NCBI GenBank assembly: GCA_024276825.1
Contig: JAJRWI010000048.1
Location: 1-57,367 of the forward strand
Length of the DNA stretch: 57,367 nucleotides
Source of the DNA: an archaeon
GTDB taxonomy: Archaea > Asgardarchaeota > Thorarchaeia > Thorarchaeales > Thorarchaeaceae
Reading direction: 5' to 3'
Under the pieces are notes generated by a model that was given only the letters and a program-made list of their open reading frames with translations, was not told the origin of the DNA and made no database searches. The position numbers were made by a program, and so were the translations under genes. Shown piece by piece: positions 9,245 through 19,130 of the stretch (positions are counted from its first letter, which is position 1; each line of letters starts with the position of its first letter).

Positions 9245-10399
9245 TTATGTGTCTACAACAATTCTTCCCGGTGTGAAGTTTGCATTTGGGCCTACCGTTG
9301 TTGTTCTCATGGGATTGCCAATTAGCACCCACTCCAGCATTGTGAGGGCTTCATATGTATCAACCACACTCTTCTCCCCAGTTCTGACCATCTCAATCTC
9401 TCTTATCACTTTCCTATCTAGACGCGCCCAGAGCTCCTTTTCCACATTTATCTTAACCTGACCTATGAAGTCATAAGAGTCCAAAAAATCTAGGAACCCA
9501 AACTTCCAGCCATCTGCATAGCAGCAGTCTCTCCAATCATCATAGGGCTTGCTGTTGTTTATTGTGTCCAATGTGGAGCCAATATAACAGACGCCTTGTT
9601 GCAGAAATGCCTGAATCAATGGTCCATCACGAGCTGTGCTGCACGCCTCTGCAAAGACAACAGGGTATCCCTCGAACCTTATCTCTTGCGCCTGTTCATA
9701 TGAAAGGATTACAGAATTATGTGAAGCCCATCTCTCAGGGGAGCCATGAATTCTTCGTGTGAAAACCCCATCTGAGAATTGAAGAATGAACTCGCTTACT
9801 TCCATTAGACGTTTGTCTGAGTTGGTGTACTTTTTCAATACTTCAACATCAAAGCCAAGCTGTGCTAGACTATCAATATGTCTTGTAGACCTGCCTGGCT
9901 GAGAGTCAAATACAATGGCAATATTACTGTCTATAATCGGGGGGTCCATATGAAATAGAACTACATCTGGCGTGCCATAAACACGTCCAACAGGAGTGTC
10001 CGGAATATCATCATTGTTTGCATCCTGAATGAAAAAGTCGGTCCATGCATAATCATCTTTATGCCCAAAAGGCGTACCAGGTAATTGTTTCTGATCACCA
10101 ATTAACAATATGGAATCGTGTTGGTTCTCATCATAATGTTTCAATAGTGTCTTTTTTGTAAATACGCTTGATCTCCGATTTTCAATAACAAAATCACAAT
10201 CTAACTCTTTAGCTCTTTTCTCGTAGATGGCAGCATCGTTCTTTGGAACTTTGCCGCAAATAATCAACAATCTTCTTAGTACATCTCTTGGAAGCCTACT
10301 AAGACCAAAAGATAGCTCCTTGTCAGTTCTCCTGCGAGCCTTTGTAATCTTCTTTCTGATTACATTGACGGACCCCTTTCTCTTTCTTAACACATTCAT
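9245..10399 (-). CDS. Putative peptidase C25 (gingipain-like, clan CD) domain protein without signal peptide
   Basis: ILLIGD...LP, DANNDDIPDTPVGRV, HGSPERW, VVFAEACST, YIGST, WVLIGNP: His-Gly and Ala-Cys dyad pattern. Confidence 0.65.
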   Translation of the reverse strand: MNVLRKRKGSVNVIRKKITKARRRTDKELSFGLSRLPRDVLRRLLIICGKVPKNDAAIYEKRAKELDCDFVIENRRSSVFTKKTLLKHYDENQHDSILLIGDQKQLPGTPFGHKDDYAWTDFFIQDANNDDIPDTPVGRVYGTPDVVLFHMDPPIIDSNIAIVFDSQPGRSTRHIDSLAQLGFDVEVLKKYTNSDKRLMEVSEFILQFSDGVFTRRIHGSPERWASHNSVILSYEQAQEIRFEGYPVVFAEACSTARDGPLIQAFLQQGVCYIGSTLDTINNSKPYDDWRDCCYADGWKFGFLDFLDSYDFIGQVKINVEKELWARLDRKVIREIEMVRTGEKSVVDTYEALTMLEWVLIGNPMRTTTVGPNANFTPGRIVVDT

Positions 10400-10464
10400 G
10401 TTTCTACCTATCTATCTCGCATTAATTAATATGACTCTCATTCTAGGCGCTGCTTCAAGTTCGC

Positions 10465-11601
10465 TTATGAGAGTATTTTCTTGATAGTGCTTGCAATCTG
10501 CTCGACTTGCTCCTCAGTCACGAATGGATGCACAGGGATGTCAAAATGAACATCACCCACTTCCTCTGAATTCGGAAGGCTGAGTTTCGAATAGTCCGGG
10601 TATTTTACGAACTTTGCCCATCGCCACTGCTCGATGTTTATGTAGGTGTCCTGCTTATGACAAGGTAATGCATAGACAGACCGAGATCCAATATTGTTCT
10701 CTCTGAGTTTCTGTACCATTTCATCTCTTGTGACTCTCTTTGAATAGATCCGTGGTGCGTAGATATGATATGACGATTCGCCGCCAACCTCCATTATTTG
10801 GGGCCGTAGCTCCTCAACATCACTCAATAACTCGTTGTAGAGCCTAGCATTGCGTTGCCTTATCTCAACCGCCTTTGGTAGCCTCTTTAACTGGACTCTT
10901 CCTAGAGCCGAAACCACATCTAGCATTCTGTAATTGTAGCCAATTCTGAAGTGACTGTATCCCCCTTTCTTGCCGCGACCATGATTTTTTATCATCAGGG
11001 CCTTCTCATAAATCTCCTCATCATTTGTTGTTATCATCCCCCCCTCGCCAGTCATCATGTTCTTTGTGGCATAGAATGAGAATGCTGCCACATGACCGAT
11101 TGAGCCGATCATTTTTCCCTCAAACTTTGCACCATGGGCTTGGCACGCATCTTCAATGACCTGCAGATTGTGCTTCTCGGCAATCTCCATAATATGCTTC
11201 ATATCACAAGGAGAACCGAAAATGTGAACTGGCATTATCGCTCTGGTCTTCTTGGTTATAGCTTTCTCTATTAGTTCGGGATCAATATTGTAAGTCTCCT
11301 TCTTTATATCAACAAAGACGGGGATTGCACCAATCATGGCAATTGTGTTGGCTGATGCAATGAATGTAAAGGGTGATGTGATAACTTCATCACCAGGTTG
11401 AATATCCATGGCCTCTAGCGCAGTACTTAGCGCTGTTGTGCCATTAGTGGTCACGGTGGCATATTTTGTGCCAACATACTCAGAAAACTCTCTCTCAAAC
11501 TCGCGGGCCACCTTGCCCTCTGCGAGCATCCCTGATTGAAGCACTTTCCGAACTGCCTGTTGTTCTTCTTCATCCAGATATGGTCTTGCTACGGGTATCA
11601 T
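10465..11601 (-). CDS. DegT/DnrJ/EryC1/StrS PLP-dependent aminotransferase
   Basis: NGTTAL, GDEVIT, TFIASA, IEDACQAHGA, FSFYATKNMMTGEGG, GYNYRM. Confidence 0.95.
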   Translation of the reverse strand: MIPVARPYLDEEEQQAVRKVLQSGMLAEGKVAREFEREFSEYVGTKYATVTTNGTTALSTALEAMDIQPGDEVITSPFTFIASANTIAMIGAIPVFVDIKKETYNIDPELIEKAITKKTRAIMPVHIFGSPCDMKHIMEIAEKHNLQVIEDACQAHGAKFEGKMIGSIGHVAAFSFYATKNMMTGEGGMITTNDEEIYEKALMIKNHGRGKKGGYSHFRIGYNYRMLDVVSALGRVQLKRLPKAVEIRQRNARLYNELLSDVEELRPQIMEVGGESSYHIYAPRIYSKRVTRDEMVQKLRENNIGSRSVYALPCHKQDTYINIEQWRWAKFVKYPDYSKLSLPNSEEVGDVHFDIPVHPFVTEEQVEQIASTIKKILS

Positions 11602-11604
11602 TGG

Positions 11605-12180
11605 TCATTCACCAAATTGATCAGCATCACGAGGACTCTGTTCCTGGTCAGACATATCCTCTCTTTTCATCCTCTGTCTATTTCGGCCTTCAAAAAAACC
11701 TACCCCTCCGATACTTACAACCATTATCATGAGTGTTATCAGCATATAGAAGAGGTCCGACAGCATGAATACTATTGCCAGTCCAATACCGCTTGCCAGT
11801 CCTGTTATGGCCCGAATCCGTACTGTTGTCTTTCGTGGTGTCACTCTCTGAGTGACCCAATCAATTATTGTTGCGAAACCCAGTGGCAGTGCTACGAGAA
11901 ACCATAGCCATGAGGGTTGAAATAGTCTGAATGGAGTGATTGAGTCAAGGAGGAGGAAAATGGGAATACTGAGAATCAGACCGCCATATATCCCTGAGCA
12001 TCTTGCACAGAAATACAATGAGTGGCCTTTGATTGTTATTCTAAGACAGTGTCCATATTGACTCGGTGGATGATGAGACAATAGCAAGTTGATGCTCTCC
12101 ACAACGCTCTTCTTTCTGCCCCATTCTTCGGGCGATAACTGAAGTTCATCAGATATGTCATTGCTGACCAATGGAATCAC
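11605..12180 (-). CDS. DUF2085 family membrane protein
   Basis: H...FCARCSGIYGG, IDWVTQ, IRAITGL. Confidence 0.8.
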   Translation of the reverse strand: MIPLVSNDISDELQLSPEEWGRKKSVVESINLLLSHHPPSQYGHCLRITIKGHSLYFCARCSGIYGGLILSIPIFLLLDSITPFRLFQPSWLWFLVALPLGFATIIDWVTQRVTPRKTTVRIRAITGLASGIGLAIVFMLSDLFYMLITLMIMVVSIGGVGFFEGRNRQRMKREDMSDQEQSPRDADQFGE

Positions 12181-12284
12181 TACTGTCTACTCTGTTGAGA
12201 AACTTATCATTGTTGTCCTATTGGAATTTTCGTTTATTCATAAACTTAATACAAATCAGTTTCATAACAAATAATGAGGGTGCA

Positions 12285-14063
12285 ATGAGATTACGATTAA
12301 TACTCACAATTACAATTCTGCTGTGTTCAATCGCGTCATCATTTCCTAATCATTCTCAGCCAGTTGATCCAATTGAAATCATAGACGCTTCCGCAGTTGA
12401 CTCTCCGCCCATCATGATTACCAGTGATGCTGACCTTCTAATTTTTCCGGGGAATGGCACTTATGACAATCCCTACCGGATTGAGGGCTATTCAATCTCT
12501 GATTCTGGTTCTTTACCTTGCATTTCCATTAGCAATACAACACTCTGGGTATTAATTCAGAATTGCACACTGACCAATAGCACATCTGCGGCGATTGATT
12601 TGAAATCGCTGGCGAATGTAATAGTCCGAAATGTGTCATGCCAAAATACAGTCAATGGAATACGGCTCAATAATGTTGTTAATGTGAGTGTAGAGAGTAG
12701 CACCTTCAAGAACTGTGATTTGGGAGTTAGTATTATCAACAGTGATAACTGTCAGATTTTGAATAACACTGTGCTTCAAGGCAGTACAGGAGTTCACCTG
12801 TCAGGAACTAGTGAGATTCGCGTGAGTCATAATCTCATTCAAGATATGGTAAGTCAGGGAATCTATATAGATAACAACCTAAATCTGATTGACAATAACA
12901 CGCTGGTTAACAATACAGTGGGCATTGAGTTCAAGAATGGGAACTCCAACATGATCTATCAAAATGAGTTATTCAACTGCTCATATGGTGTCTTCTCTAT
13001 TGATTCGATGTATTGCGATATTTCGAATAACACATTTATGGACATCAAATATGGTGTGTATCTATATCAAGGCAATGCTGGATACTCAATCTCATGGAAC
13101 GCATTCTACCCGAGTGGTGAACTCACAGTCTTTGACGACATGCCAGAGAATCACTTCTTTTACAACTTTTACTGGGACTATGATGGCAGTGATCATGACA
13201 ATGATGGCATTGGCGATACACCATATGCAATAGCTGGTTCTGGTAATAATCAGGATGTGTCACCTTTAATGAATCCTCCCGGTTCAGTAGTAAACGATAC
13301 AAAGCCCCCCAATGTATACTGGGATCAGCCTTTCGAGAAACTCGAATATGGGGAGGAAATGCTCGTTAATCCAACCATTATTGATGTGAATGGTGTCAAA
13401 TCAGCAGTTCTGTCGTTCAACAATGGTGCTGACCAGTGGTTCAATATTTCCATGACTAGCAAGGGCATTAAATGGCAGGCAACTATCCCTGCATATTCAT
13501 CTGATGTAGTTATTGTATACAGAATATACTCTTGTGATGGGAAGGATAATTGGGGTGTTGCTGGGGACTGGAGCTACTCTGTTGCTCGTGATGCATACTC
13601 ACCACAAGTAATCGACAGTGTGTTCCTAGGTGAAGCGTTTGCGACCGTTATGTCGTCATCAGAAATCTTTGAATCGCATACTTTCAAGGCTGATGTAATT
13701 GATGAGTCTGAAATCGCATATGTTGTTGTTTATTATCAATTCAAGGAATACTTGACCACATTCGATAATGGCACTGTTGAATTGAGTTACGATATTATTT
13801 CCAGCACATGGACAGTGACCATCAACTTTCCTCATGCTGTTGATAGATATACTGCAATATTTCAATATGAAGCGGCTGATGTCTATGGCAATATTGGTTC
13901 TTCTCCTCCATATGAACTGACATTTATTGCCAGTTCTCAGACATTGACCAGGCCCCATTCCTCTCCAGCTTACGGATTCACCCTTGTTTCATTGGGTATT
14001 ACCGCAGCAGTAATTGTTGTCATATTGATAATGGAATTTAGGGGGAGGACCCGTTCACCTTAA
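12285..14063 (+). CDS. Surface protein with right-handed parallel beta-helix (NosD/CASH) repeats and C-terminal membrane anchor
   Basis: Signal peptide from ATG 12285; GNGTYDNPYRIEG; N-rich beta-helix repeats; YWDYDGSDHDNDGIGDTPY; C-terminal TM. Confidence 0.88.
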   Translation: MRLRLILTITILLCSIASSFPNHSQPVDPIEIIDASAVDSPPIMITSDADLLIFPGNGTYDNPYRIEGYSISDSGSLPCISISNTTLWVLIQNCTLTNSTSAAIDLKSLANVIVRNVSCQNTVNGIRLNNVVNVSVESSTFKNCDLGVSIINSDNCQILNNTVLQGSTGVHLSGTSEIRVSHNLIQDMVSQGIYIDNNLNLIDNNTLVNNTVGIEFKNGNSNMIYQNELFNCSYGVFSIDSMYCDISNNTFMDIKYGVYLYQGNAGYSISWNAFYPSGELTVFDDMPENHFFYNFYWDYDGSDHDNDGIGDTPYAIAGSGNNQDVSPLMNPPGSVVNDTKPPNVYWDQPFEKLEYGEEMLVNPTIIDVNGVKSAVLSFNNGADQWFNISMTSKGIKWQATIPAYSSDVVIVYRIYSCDGKDNWGVAGDWSYSVARDAYSPQVIDSVFLGEAFATVMSSSEIFESHTFKADVIDESEIAYVVVYYQFKEYLTTFDNGTVELSYDIISSTWTVTINFPHAVDRYTAIFQYEAADVYGNIGSSPPYELTFIASSQTLTRPHSSPAYGFTLVSLGITAAVIVVILIMEFRGRTRSP

Positions 14064-14172
14064 ACACTATTTCAACTCCCCAATGATCTGACGCATTCAC
14101 TAATCCTTATTACTCGGTTATGGTCCATCAAAACAATCATAATCTAGTAATGCAAAACTGGAGCGACCTAAT

Positions 14173-14499
14173 ATGACTGATGAATTCCTAGAACTGATTA
14201 GAGAACGCATCGCTGTGGGCCTTGCAAGAGAAGAAACAAAGAAAGCAATTGAAGGCTGGAACAGAACAGCGCTGCTTGTATTGAAAGATGGAAGGGAATA
14301 TCATTTCATTGTAAAAGATGGAAATATAATGGTTGAACCTGGTTCGGTTGAAAATCCTGACATGAAGATTATCAGTGATGAAGACACAATCCGCAAGCTC
14401 TTTATGGAGGAGATGCGGGCTGAAGTCGCTCTATTAAAACGCAAACTGAAGATCAAGGGTTCAACTTCTGATCTGATGAGGATAAGAAAAATATTCTGA
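14173..14499 (+). CDS. SCP2 sterol/lipid-binding domain protein
   Basis: VKDG..V..G..ENPDMKI.SDEDT...LF...A..ALLKRKLKIKGS..DLM. Confidence 0.88.
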   Translation: MTDEFLELIRERIAVGLAREETKKAIEGWNRTALLVLKDGREYHFIVKDGNIMVEPGSVENPDMKIISDEDTIRKLFMEEMRAEVALLKRKLKIKGSTSDLMRIRKIF

Positions 14500-14510
14500 T
14501 TTATCTTGGA

Positions 14511-15932
14511 GTGGCCGCGATGGACCCTCAAGCATTAGATCAACTCCGAGAAATTGTTGGCGATGAGTACATCTCTACGAGAAAAGATGTGCTTTTATCA
14601 TATTCCTCTTCTGCATCTACAGGCTACGACTCTCAGATGCCCGCTGCTGTGGTGCGCCCTGCTTCAACTCAAGAAGTGTCTGAAATTGTAAAAGTCGCAA
14701 ACAAGTTCAAGATCCCTGTAATCCCTCGTAGTGGTGGCTCCAGTCTTCAAGGCGAAGTCATTCCCTCACCTGAAAGTTTAGTTATTGACCTTTTAAGGCT
14801 GGAAGAGATCAAGTTATACAAGGACCTTCGCTCAGTGACTGTTGGAGCTGGAGTCACTTTTGGTGCACTTGATAAATTCCTCAAGGTCCACGATCTTTGG
14901 GTTCCAGTATCTCCTGAATCCGCTCTAGTCTGTACAGTCGCAGGTAATGTTGCAGTCAATGGGGCTGGACCTGGTTCAAGCCGATATGGTTGCGTTGGCG
15001 AACTTGTTCTGGGACTAGAAGTTGTATTGCCTGACGGTCGTGTGATAAATACTGGGTCAGAGGCTAATCCACATGCACCGGGCCCATTTCTCAGATATGC
15101 TTTTGGTCCAGACCTGACAGGTCTATTCATTGGTTCACTTGGATCGCTCGGCATTATTACTAAGGTTTCGATAAAGACATTCAGACGCATGCATCACTTC
15201 TATTATGACACCTATGGGTTCCCTGATATGCCATCAGTTGAGCGGTTTCTGATCGAGCTTAAGCAGAACGAGGTTCATCCTCTATTTGCTTCAATCTATG
15301 AGGGGAGGATACTCCAGTTCTTTATGGACATGCTTGGCGAGGAATATGGAATTCCAAAACATCAATGGCCTCCCCTAACAGTTTCAATGACTCTTGGCAG
15401 AATGCGAGATGACCTCTTGCAGAGTGATATTAGGATGGTTAAGAAAATATGCGAAGAGATTGATGGTCATGTCATTGGCATCTCCGAGTTACCAAGGGGT
15501 GAATGGGAGGACAGAATGAGGGTCTTCGTGCGGTCATCATATGTGCATGGCTGGCACTGGAGAATATTATATCATCATCAGACACCTGCAAATTGGCACA
15601 AGTCTGTTGACGCAATCTGGGAGATCATGGACAAGCATGGACTACTTGGACATACTGCAGGGTTCCTGTCTGGTCATTCATCTTACAACTTCTATCCACA
15701 TCTCTACTTCTTTCCTGATGATCCCGAAGAGGAGCAGAAAGTCCGTGCTGCTCACAAGGAATTATCACGGCTTTTATTGAAGAGTGGTGCTGTGCCCTTT
15801 AAGTTATCACAATACTGGACTGATGGACTGGCAGAGATGAAACCATATCTGGAATTAATTCGTATAATCAAGGATCGTCTGGACCCGAACGGAATAATGC
15901 ACCCAGAGGTGTTGCCAATCCCGGAGGAATAG
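14511..15932 (+). CDS. FAD-binding oxidoreductase, VAO/PCMH (GlcD-like) family, paralog 1
   Basis: PAAVVRP, PRSGGSSL, VGAGV, TVAGNVAVN, GLEVVLPDG, GPDLTGLFIGSLGSLGIITK, LDPNGIMHP. Confidence 0.9.
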   Translation: MAAMDPQALDQLREIVGDEYISTRKDVLLSYSSSASTGYDSQMPAAVVRPASTQEVSEIVKVANKFKIPVIPRSGGSSLQGEVIPSPESLVIDLLRLEEIKLYKDLRSVTVGAGVTFGALDKFLKVHDLWVPVSPESALVCTVAGNVAVNGAGPGSSRYGCVGELVLGLEVVLPDGRVINTGSEANPHAPGPFLRYAFGPDLTGLFIGSLGSLGIITKVSIKTFRRMHHFYYDTYGFPDMPSVERFLIELKQNEVHPLFASIYEGRILQFFMDMLGEEYGIPKHQWPPLTVSMTLGRMRDDLLQSDIRMVKKICEEIDGHVIGISELPRGEWEDRMRVFVRSSYVHGWHWRILYHHQTPANWHKSVDAIWEIMDKHGLLGHTAGFLSGHSSYNFYPHLYFFPDDPEEEQKVRAAHKELSRLLLKSGAVPFKLSQYWTDGLAEMKPYLELIRIIKDRLDPNGIMHPEVLPIPEE

Positions 15933-15934
15933 AC

Positions 15935-17341
15935 ATGGATGCATCAATAATAAAGCAGATTGAAGATATCGTTGGTCCCGAGTATGTTTCAACCAGAGAA
16001 GATGTATTGCTGACTTATTCATCCTCTGCGTCAATGATTTGCGATACTGCGAAACCTGATGTTGTTGTCAGGCCCAGAACAGCTGAAGAAGTTTCCAAGC
16101 TTCTAAAGCTCGCTAACAAGTACAGGATTCCTGTGACAACACGTTCAGGGGGTTCAAGTCTTCAGGAAGAGGTGATCCCTCACTCTGGTGGCATGATCAT
16201 TGAGATGATGAGGTTCACTGACATCAAGTTGTTCGAAGACCTTCGGTCTGTGAAAGTTGGCGCCGGAATAACCTTTGGGCAATTGGACAAATTTCTGCTT
16301 GAGCATGACCTATGGCTCCCTATGTGCCCCGAGTCTGCGTTGGTTGCTACAGTAGTAGGTAATGTAGCAGTGAATGGTGCAGGTCCGGGCTCGAGTGTGT
16401 ATGGTTCAATTGCTGAATTGGTGCTTGGCATGGAGGTCGTGCTGCCAAATGGTGAGATCATCCAGACTGGCTCCGAGGCCAATCCTCATGCTCCAGGTCC
16501 ATTTCTCAGGTATGCCTTTGGTCCAGACCTAACTGGTCTGTTCATCGGATCACTCGGAGCCTTTGGTGTAATCACAAGTGTTTCGATGAAGACTTTCAAA
16601 CGAATGAAGCATTTCCATCATGAAACCTATGGCTTCCATTCAATAGATGCCGCTGAGCGCTTTCTGCTTGAGATTCAAGAGCATGAGATACACACCGTCT
16701 TCGCTTCTCTTTATGAAGATCGTGTGCTTGATTTATTCATGTCCATGTTAGGCGATGAATATGGAATACCCGAGTATGAATGGCCATTGAGGACAGTGTC
16801 CATGACCATCGGACGACTGAGGGAAGATGAACTGAATAGCGATATTGAGATGGCCAAGAAGATCTGCGAGGATCTGGGTGGCTATGTGATTGGCATTACT
16901 GAGCTCCCAAAAGGCGAATGGGAACTCAAGATGTGGACATTTGTCAGAGCATGTTATGTGCATGGCTGGCACTGGCGGACACTATACCATCATCAACCAC
17001 CATCTGGAAATCGCAAGTCCGTCGAAAAGATCTGGGAAGTCATGGATGAGTATGGCTTTCTTGGACACACAGCAGGGTTTCTGTCGGGCCATGCTTCCAT
17101 GAACATGTATCCCCACCTCTATGCTGATCCAGAGGACCCCGAAGAGCAGCAGAAGATACGGGACGGTCATCAGGATTTGGCCCGCCGATTGTTTAAGACA
17201 GGAGCAGTGCCCTTCAAACTTGCGCCCTATTGGAAAGACATCCTTCAGGAGATTCCTGACTACATGGACCTATTGAGAATGATCAAAGAAGTTCTTGACC
17301 CCAATGGGATAATGAATCCCGGCGTTTTAGGAGGAATCTAA
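15935..17341 (+). CDS. FAD-binding oxidoreductase, VAO/PCMH (GlcD-like) family, paralog 2
   Basis: Same motifs and collinear with paralog 1; ends LDPNGIMNPG. Confidence 0.9.
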   Translation: MDASIIKQIEDIVGPEYVSTREDVLLTYSSSASMICDTAKPDVVVRPRTAEEVSKLLKLANKYRIPVTTRSGGSSLQEEVIPHSGGMIIEMMRFTDIKLFEDLRSVKVGAGITFGQLDKFLLEHDLWLPMCPESALVATVVGNVAVNGAGPGSSVYGSIAELVLGMEVVLPNGEIIQTGSEANPHAPGPFLRYAFGPDLTGLFIGSLGAFGVITSVSMKTFKRMKHFHHETYGFHSIDAAERFLLEIQEHEIHTVFASLYEDRVLDLFMSMLGDEYGIPEYEWPLRTVSMTIGRLREDELNSDIEMAKKICEDLGGYVIGITELPKGEWELKMWTFVRACYVHGWHWRTLYHHQPPSGNRKSVEKIWEVMDEYGFLGHTAGFLSGHASMNMYPHLYADPEDPEEQQKIRDGHQDLARRLFKTGAVPFKLAPYWKDILQEIPDYMDLLRMIKEVLDPNGIMNPGVLGGI

Positions 17342-17343
17342 TA

Positions 17344-18504
17344 ATGCCAACTATCGATATGGAGGAACTAATCGAGGAACTAATGCAATGCAGAAGATGC
17401 GGCATTTGCAGAAATGCTGTATATGACGACATGGGCTTTGATGGTGTGTGCCCCATCTGGCGAAACTCCACTGGCTTTGAACCTGACTTCATGCGTGGAA
17501 AAATCATCATTGCTCTCGCTCTACTCAGCGGCGAACTAGAAAAGACTGCTGAGAATGTCAAGGCCCTCTTTCAATGCACTTTGTGTGGAAACTGCACTGA
17601 GATATGTGCAGCATCATTTGATCCCAAAGAGGCTATGGAAACAGTTCGCTATGTTCTCAATGATGCTCCAAACCCCGTGCGTGATACGCTCGCTAAGAGG
17701 GTCATTGATACTAACACTCCATATGAAGAGGGTCAAGAAATCAAGCAGAACTGGCTGAATGAGCTTGACTTTGAGGTTCCAAACCAAAGTGATGTAGTAT
17801 ATTTCGTGGGATGTACTGCCGCAACAAAACTCCATCAGATCCCTATTGCCACTGCTAAGATACTTCAAGCTGCAAATGTTGAGTTTGCGGTCATGGAGAA
17901 TGAGCCCTGTTGTGGCTCGGTCCTGCTTAGAACAGGAAGGGCGGATGAGGCAGAGGAGAATGCACTAACTGTCGCTGAGAGCATCAAGTCCACAGGCGCA
18001 AAGAGAGTAGTCGTATCTTGTGCTGGATGCCTTAAGACCCTTAGAAAGGACTATGCTGAAAAGTTTGGAATTGAGATGCCTGAGATAGTCCATATTGTTG
18101 AATTCGCACAGAAACTAATTGAATCGGGAGATCTGAATCTCAAGCCTCTTGAAAATTCAACTAAAGTCACATATCATGATCCCTGTCATATGGGTCGCGA
18201 ATTGAATGTCTATGATGCCCCGCGTTCTATACTTGAGAGTATTCCCAATCTCGAGCTCGTGGAGATGCACCCAAACAGAGCACAGGCATTGTGCTGTGGG
18301 GCAGGAGGCGGTCTAAGATCATATGATTCAGAACTCGCGAAGAAAATCGCTGCAGAACGTGTTCGTCATGCAGAAACGCTGGATGTTTCGGCACTTACAT
18401 CCGCATGTCCGTTCTGCGAGCTCAATTTTGTATCAGGCAGCAAAAAAGAGGAGAGTGAGATAGAGGTTCTTGACATAGTCGAACTATTATCAAGGTGCCT
18501 CTGA
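17344..18504 (+). CDS. (Fe-S)-binding CCG-domain protein (GlcF/HdrD-like)
   Basis: CRRCGIC...CP, CTLCGNCTEIC, FVGC, PCCG, CAGC, YHDPC, CCGAGGG, ACPFC. Confidence 0.92.
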   Translation: MPTIDMEELIEELMQCRRCGICRNAVYDDMGFDGVCPIWRNSTGFEPDFMRGKIIIALALLSGELEKTAENVKALFQCTLCGNCTEICAASFDPKEAMETVRYVLNDAPNPVRDTLAKRVIDTNTPYEEGQEIKQNWLNELDFEVPNQSDVVYFVGCTAATKLHQIPIATAKILQAANVEFAVMENEPCCGSVLLRTGRADEAEENALTVAESIKSTGAKRVVVSCAGCLKTLRKDYAEKFGIEMPEIVHIVEFAQKLIESGDLNLKPLENSTKVTYHDPCHMGRELNVYDAPRSILESIPNLELVEMHPNRAQALCCGAGGGLRSYDSELAKKIAAERVRHAETLDVSALTSACPFCELNFVSGSKKEESEIEVLDIVELLSRCL

Positions 18505-18510
18505 CTCAGC

Positions 18511-18978
18511 TCAATATCTTCTTGACCGATCTCGTCGATCGTTTCTTCCGTATCTTCCCCTTCTATCAGAAGAGAATCGCCTTGGCCTTCTGTACTCGTG
18601 ATACTCATCCGACATGTTGTTTTCCATGTTGACCTCTTCTATCGGAGTTTCTGAACCCGAAACTTCGCCATAGCGTCCAATATTCAGTCGTAAATAGCCC
18701 TTAAACAGCGTTGTATATCCATTCTTCAGGACATAGGTTTGGCCAACCTGCATCTCATCAATTGATTGGTCCCAAAGAGGCATTACAACCACGCCCGTGG
18801 AATCGCCAACGACTGCATCTGCAATCCGATGCTCCTCACCATCTGCCCGAGACTTCACATCACGTGGCTCTCCAATTTCCACTAGTTTGAAGGTTACGGT
18901 GAGATTCTTCATTCTTGGCCTAAGTTGCTCCACAGTAGCTTCAATCGGTTCTGTAGATGGATAACTCATTTTGCTCAC
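18511..18978 (-). CDS. ssb: Single-stranded DNA-binding protein, crenarchaeal-type single OB fold with Arg-rich tail
   Basis: DAVVGDSTG...LW, LKNGYTTLFKG.LRLNIGRYG; Arg/Asp/Gly-rich C-terminal tail. Confidence 0.85.
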   Translation of the reverse strand: MSKMSYPSTEPIEATVEQLRPRMKNLTVTFKLVEIGEPRDVKSRADGEEHRIADAVVGDSTGVVVMPLWDQSIDEMQVGQTYVLKNGYTTLFKGYLRLNIGRYGEVSGSETPIEEVNMENNMSDEYHEYRRPRRFSSDRRGRYGRNDRRDRSRRY

Positions 18979-19130
18979 TTCGATAGCTACAAGCTCTCAA
19001 AAGGAGATTATCATCATCGGTCTGCCCATTTGTTGAGTGACTGGTGAAGAAATGATCTTCTTCTTGAGCTTGCATATTTCATTATGTATAGTAACTATAA
19101 AACCATAACTAATACAATAACATGAAAAAT

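Noticed and set aside
12171-12284. N-terminal extension of the beta-helix protein
   Set aside because: It spans the divergent promoter region; the signal peptide begins at ATG 12285
15050-16560. DGR-like template/variable repeat between the FAD paralogs
   Set aside because: Differences are synonymous third-position changes rather than adenine-specific, and no reverse transcriptase is present
17344-18504. Selenoprotein or SECIS element
   Set aside because: No in-frame TGA at a Cys position in this or other redox genes, and no convincing SECIS seen
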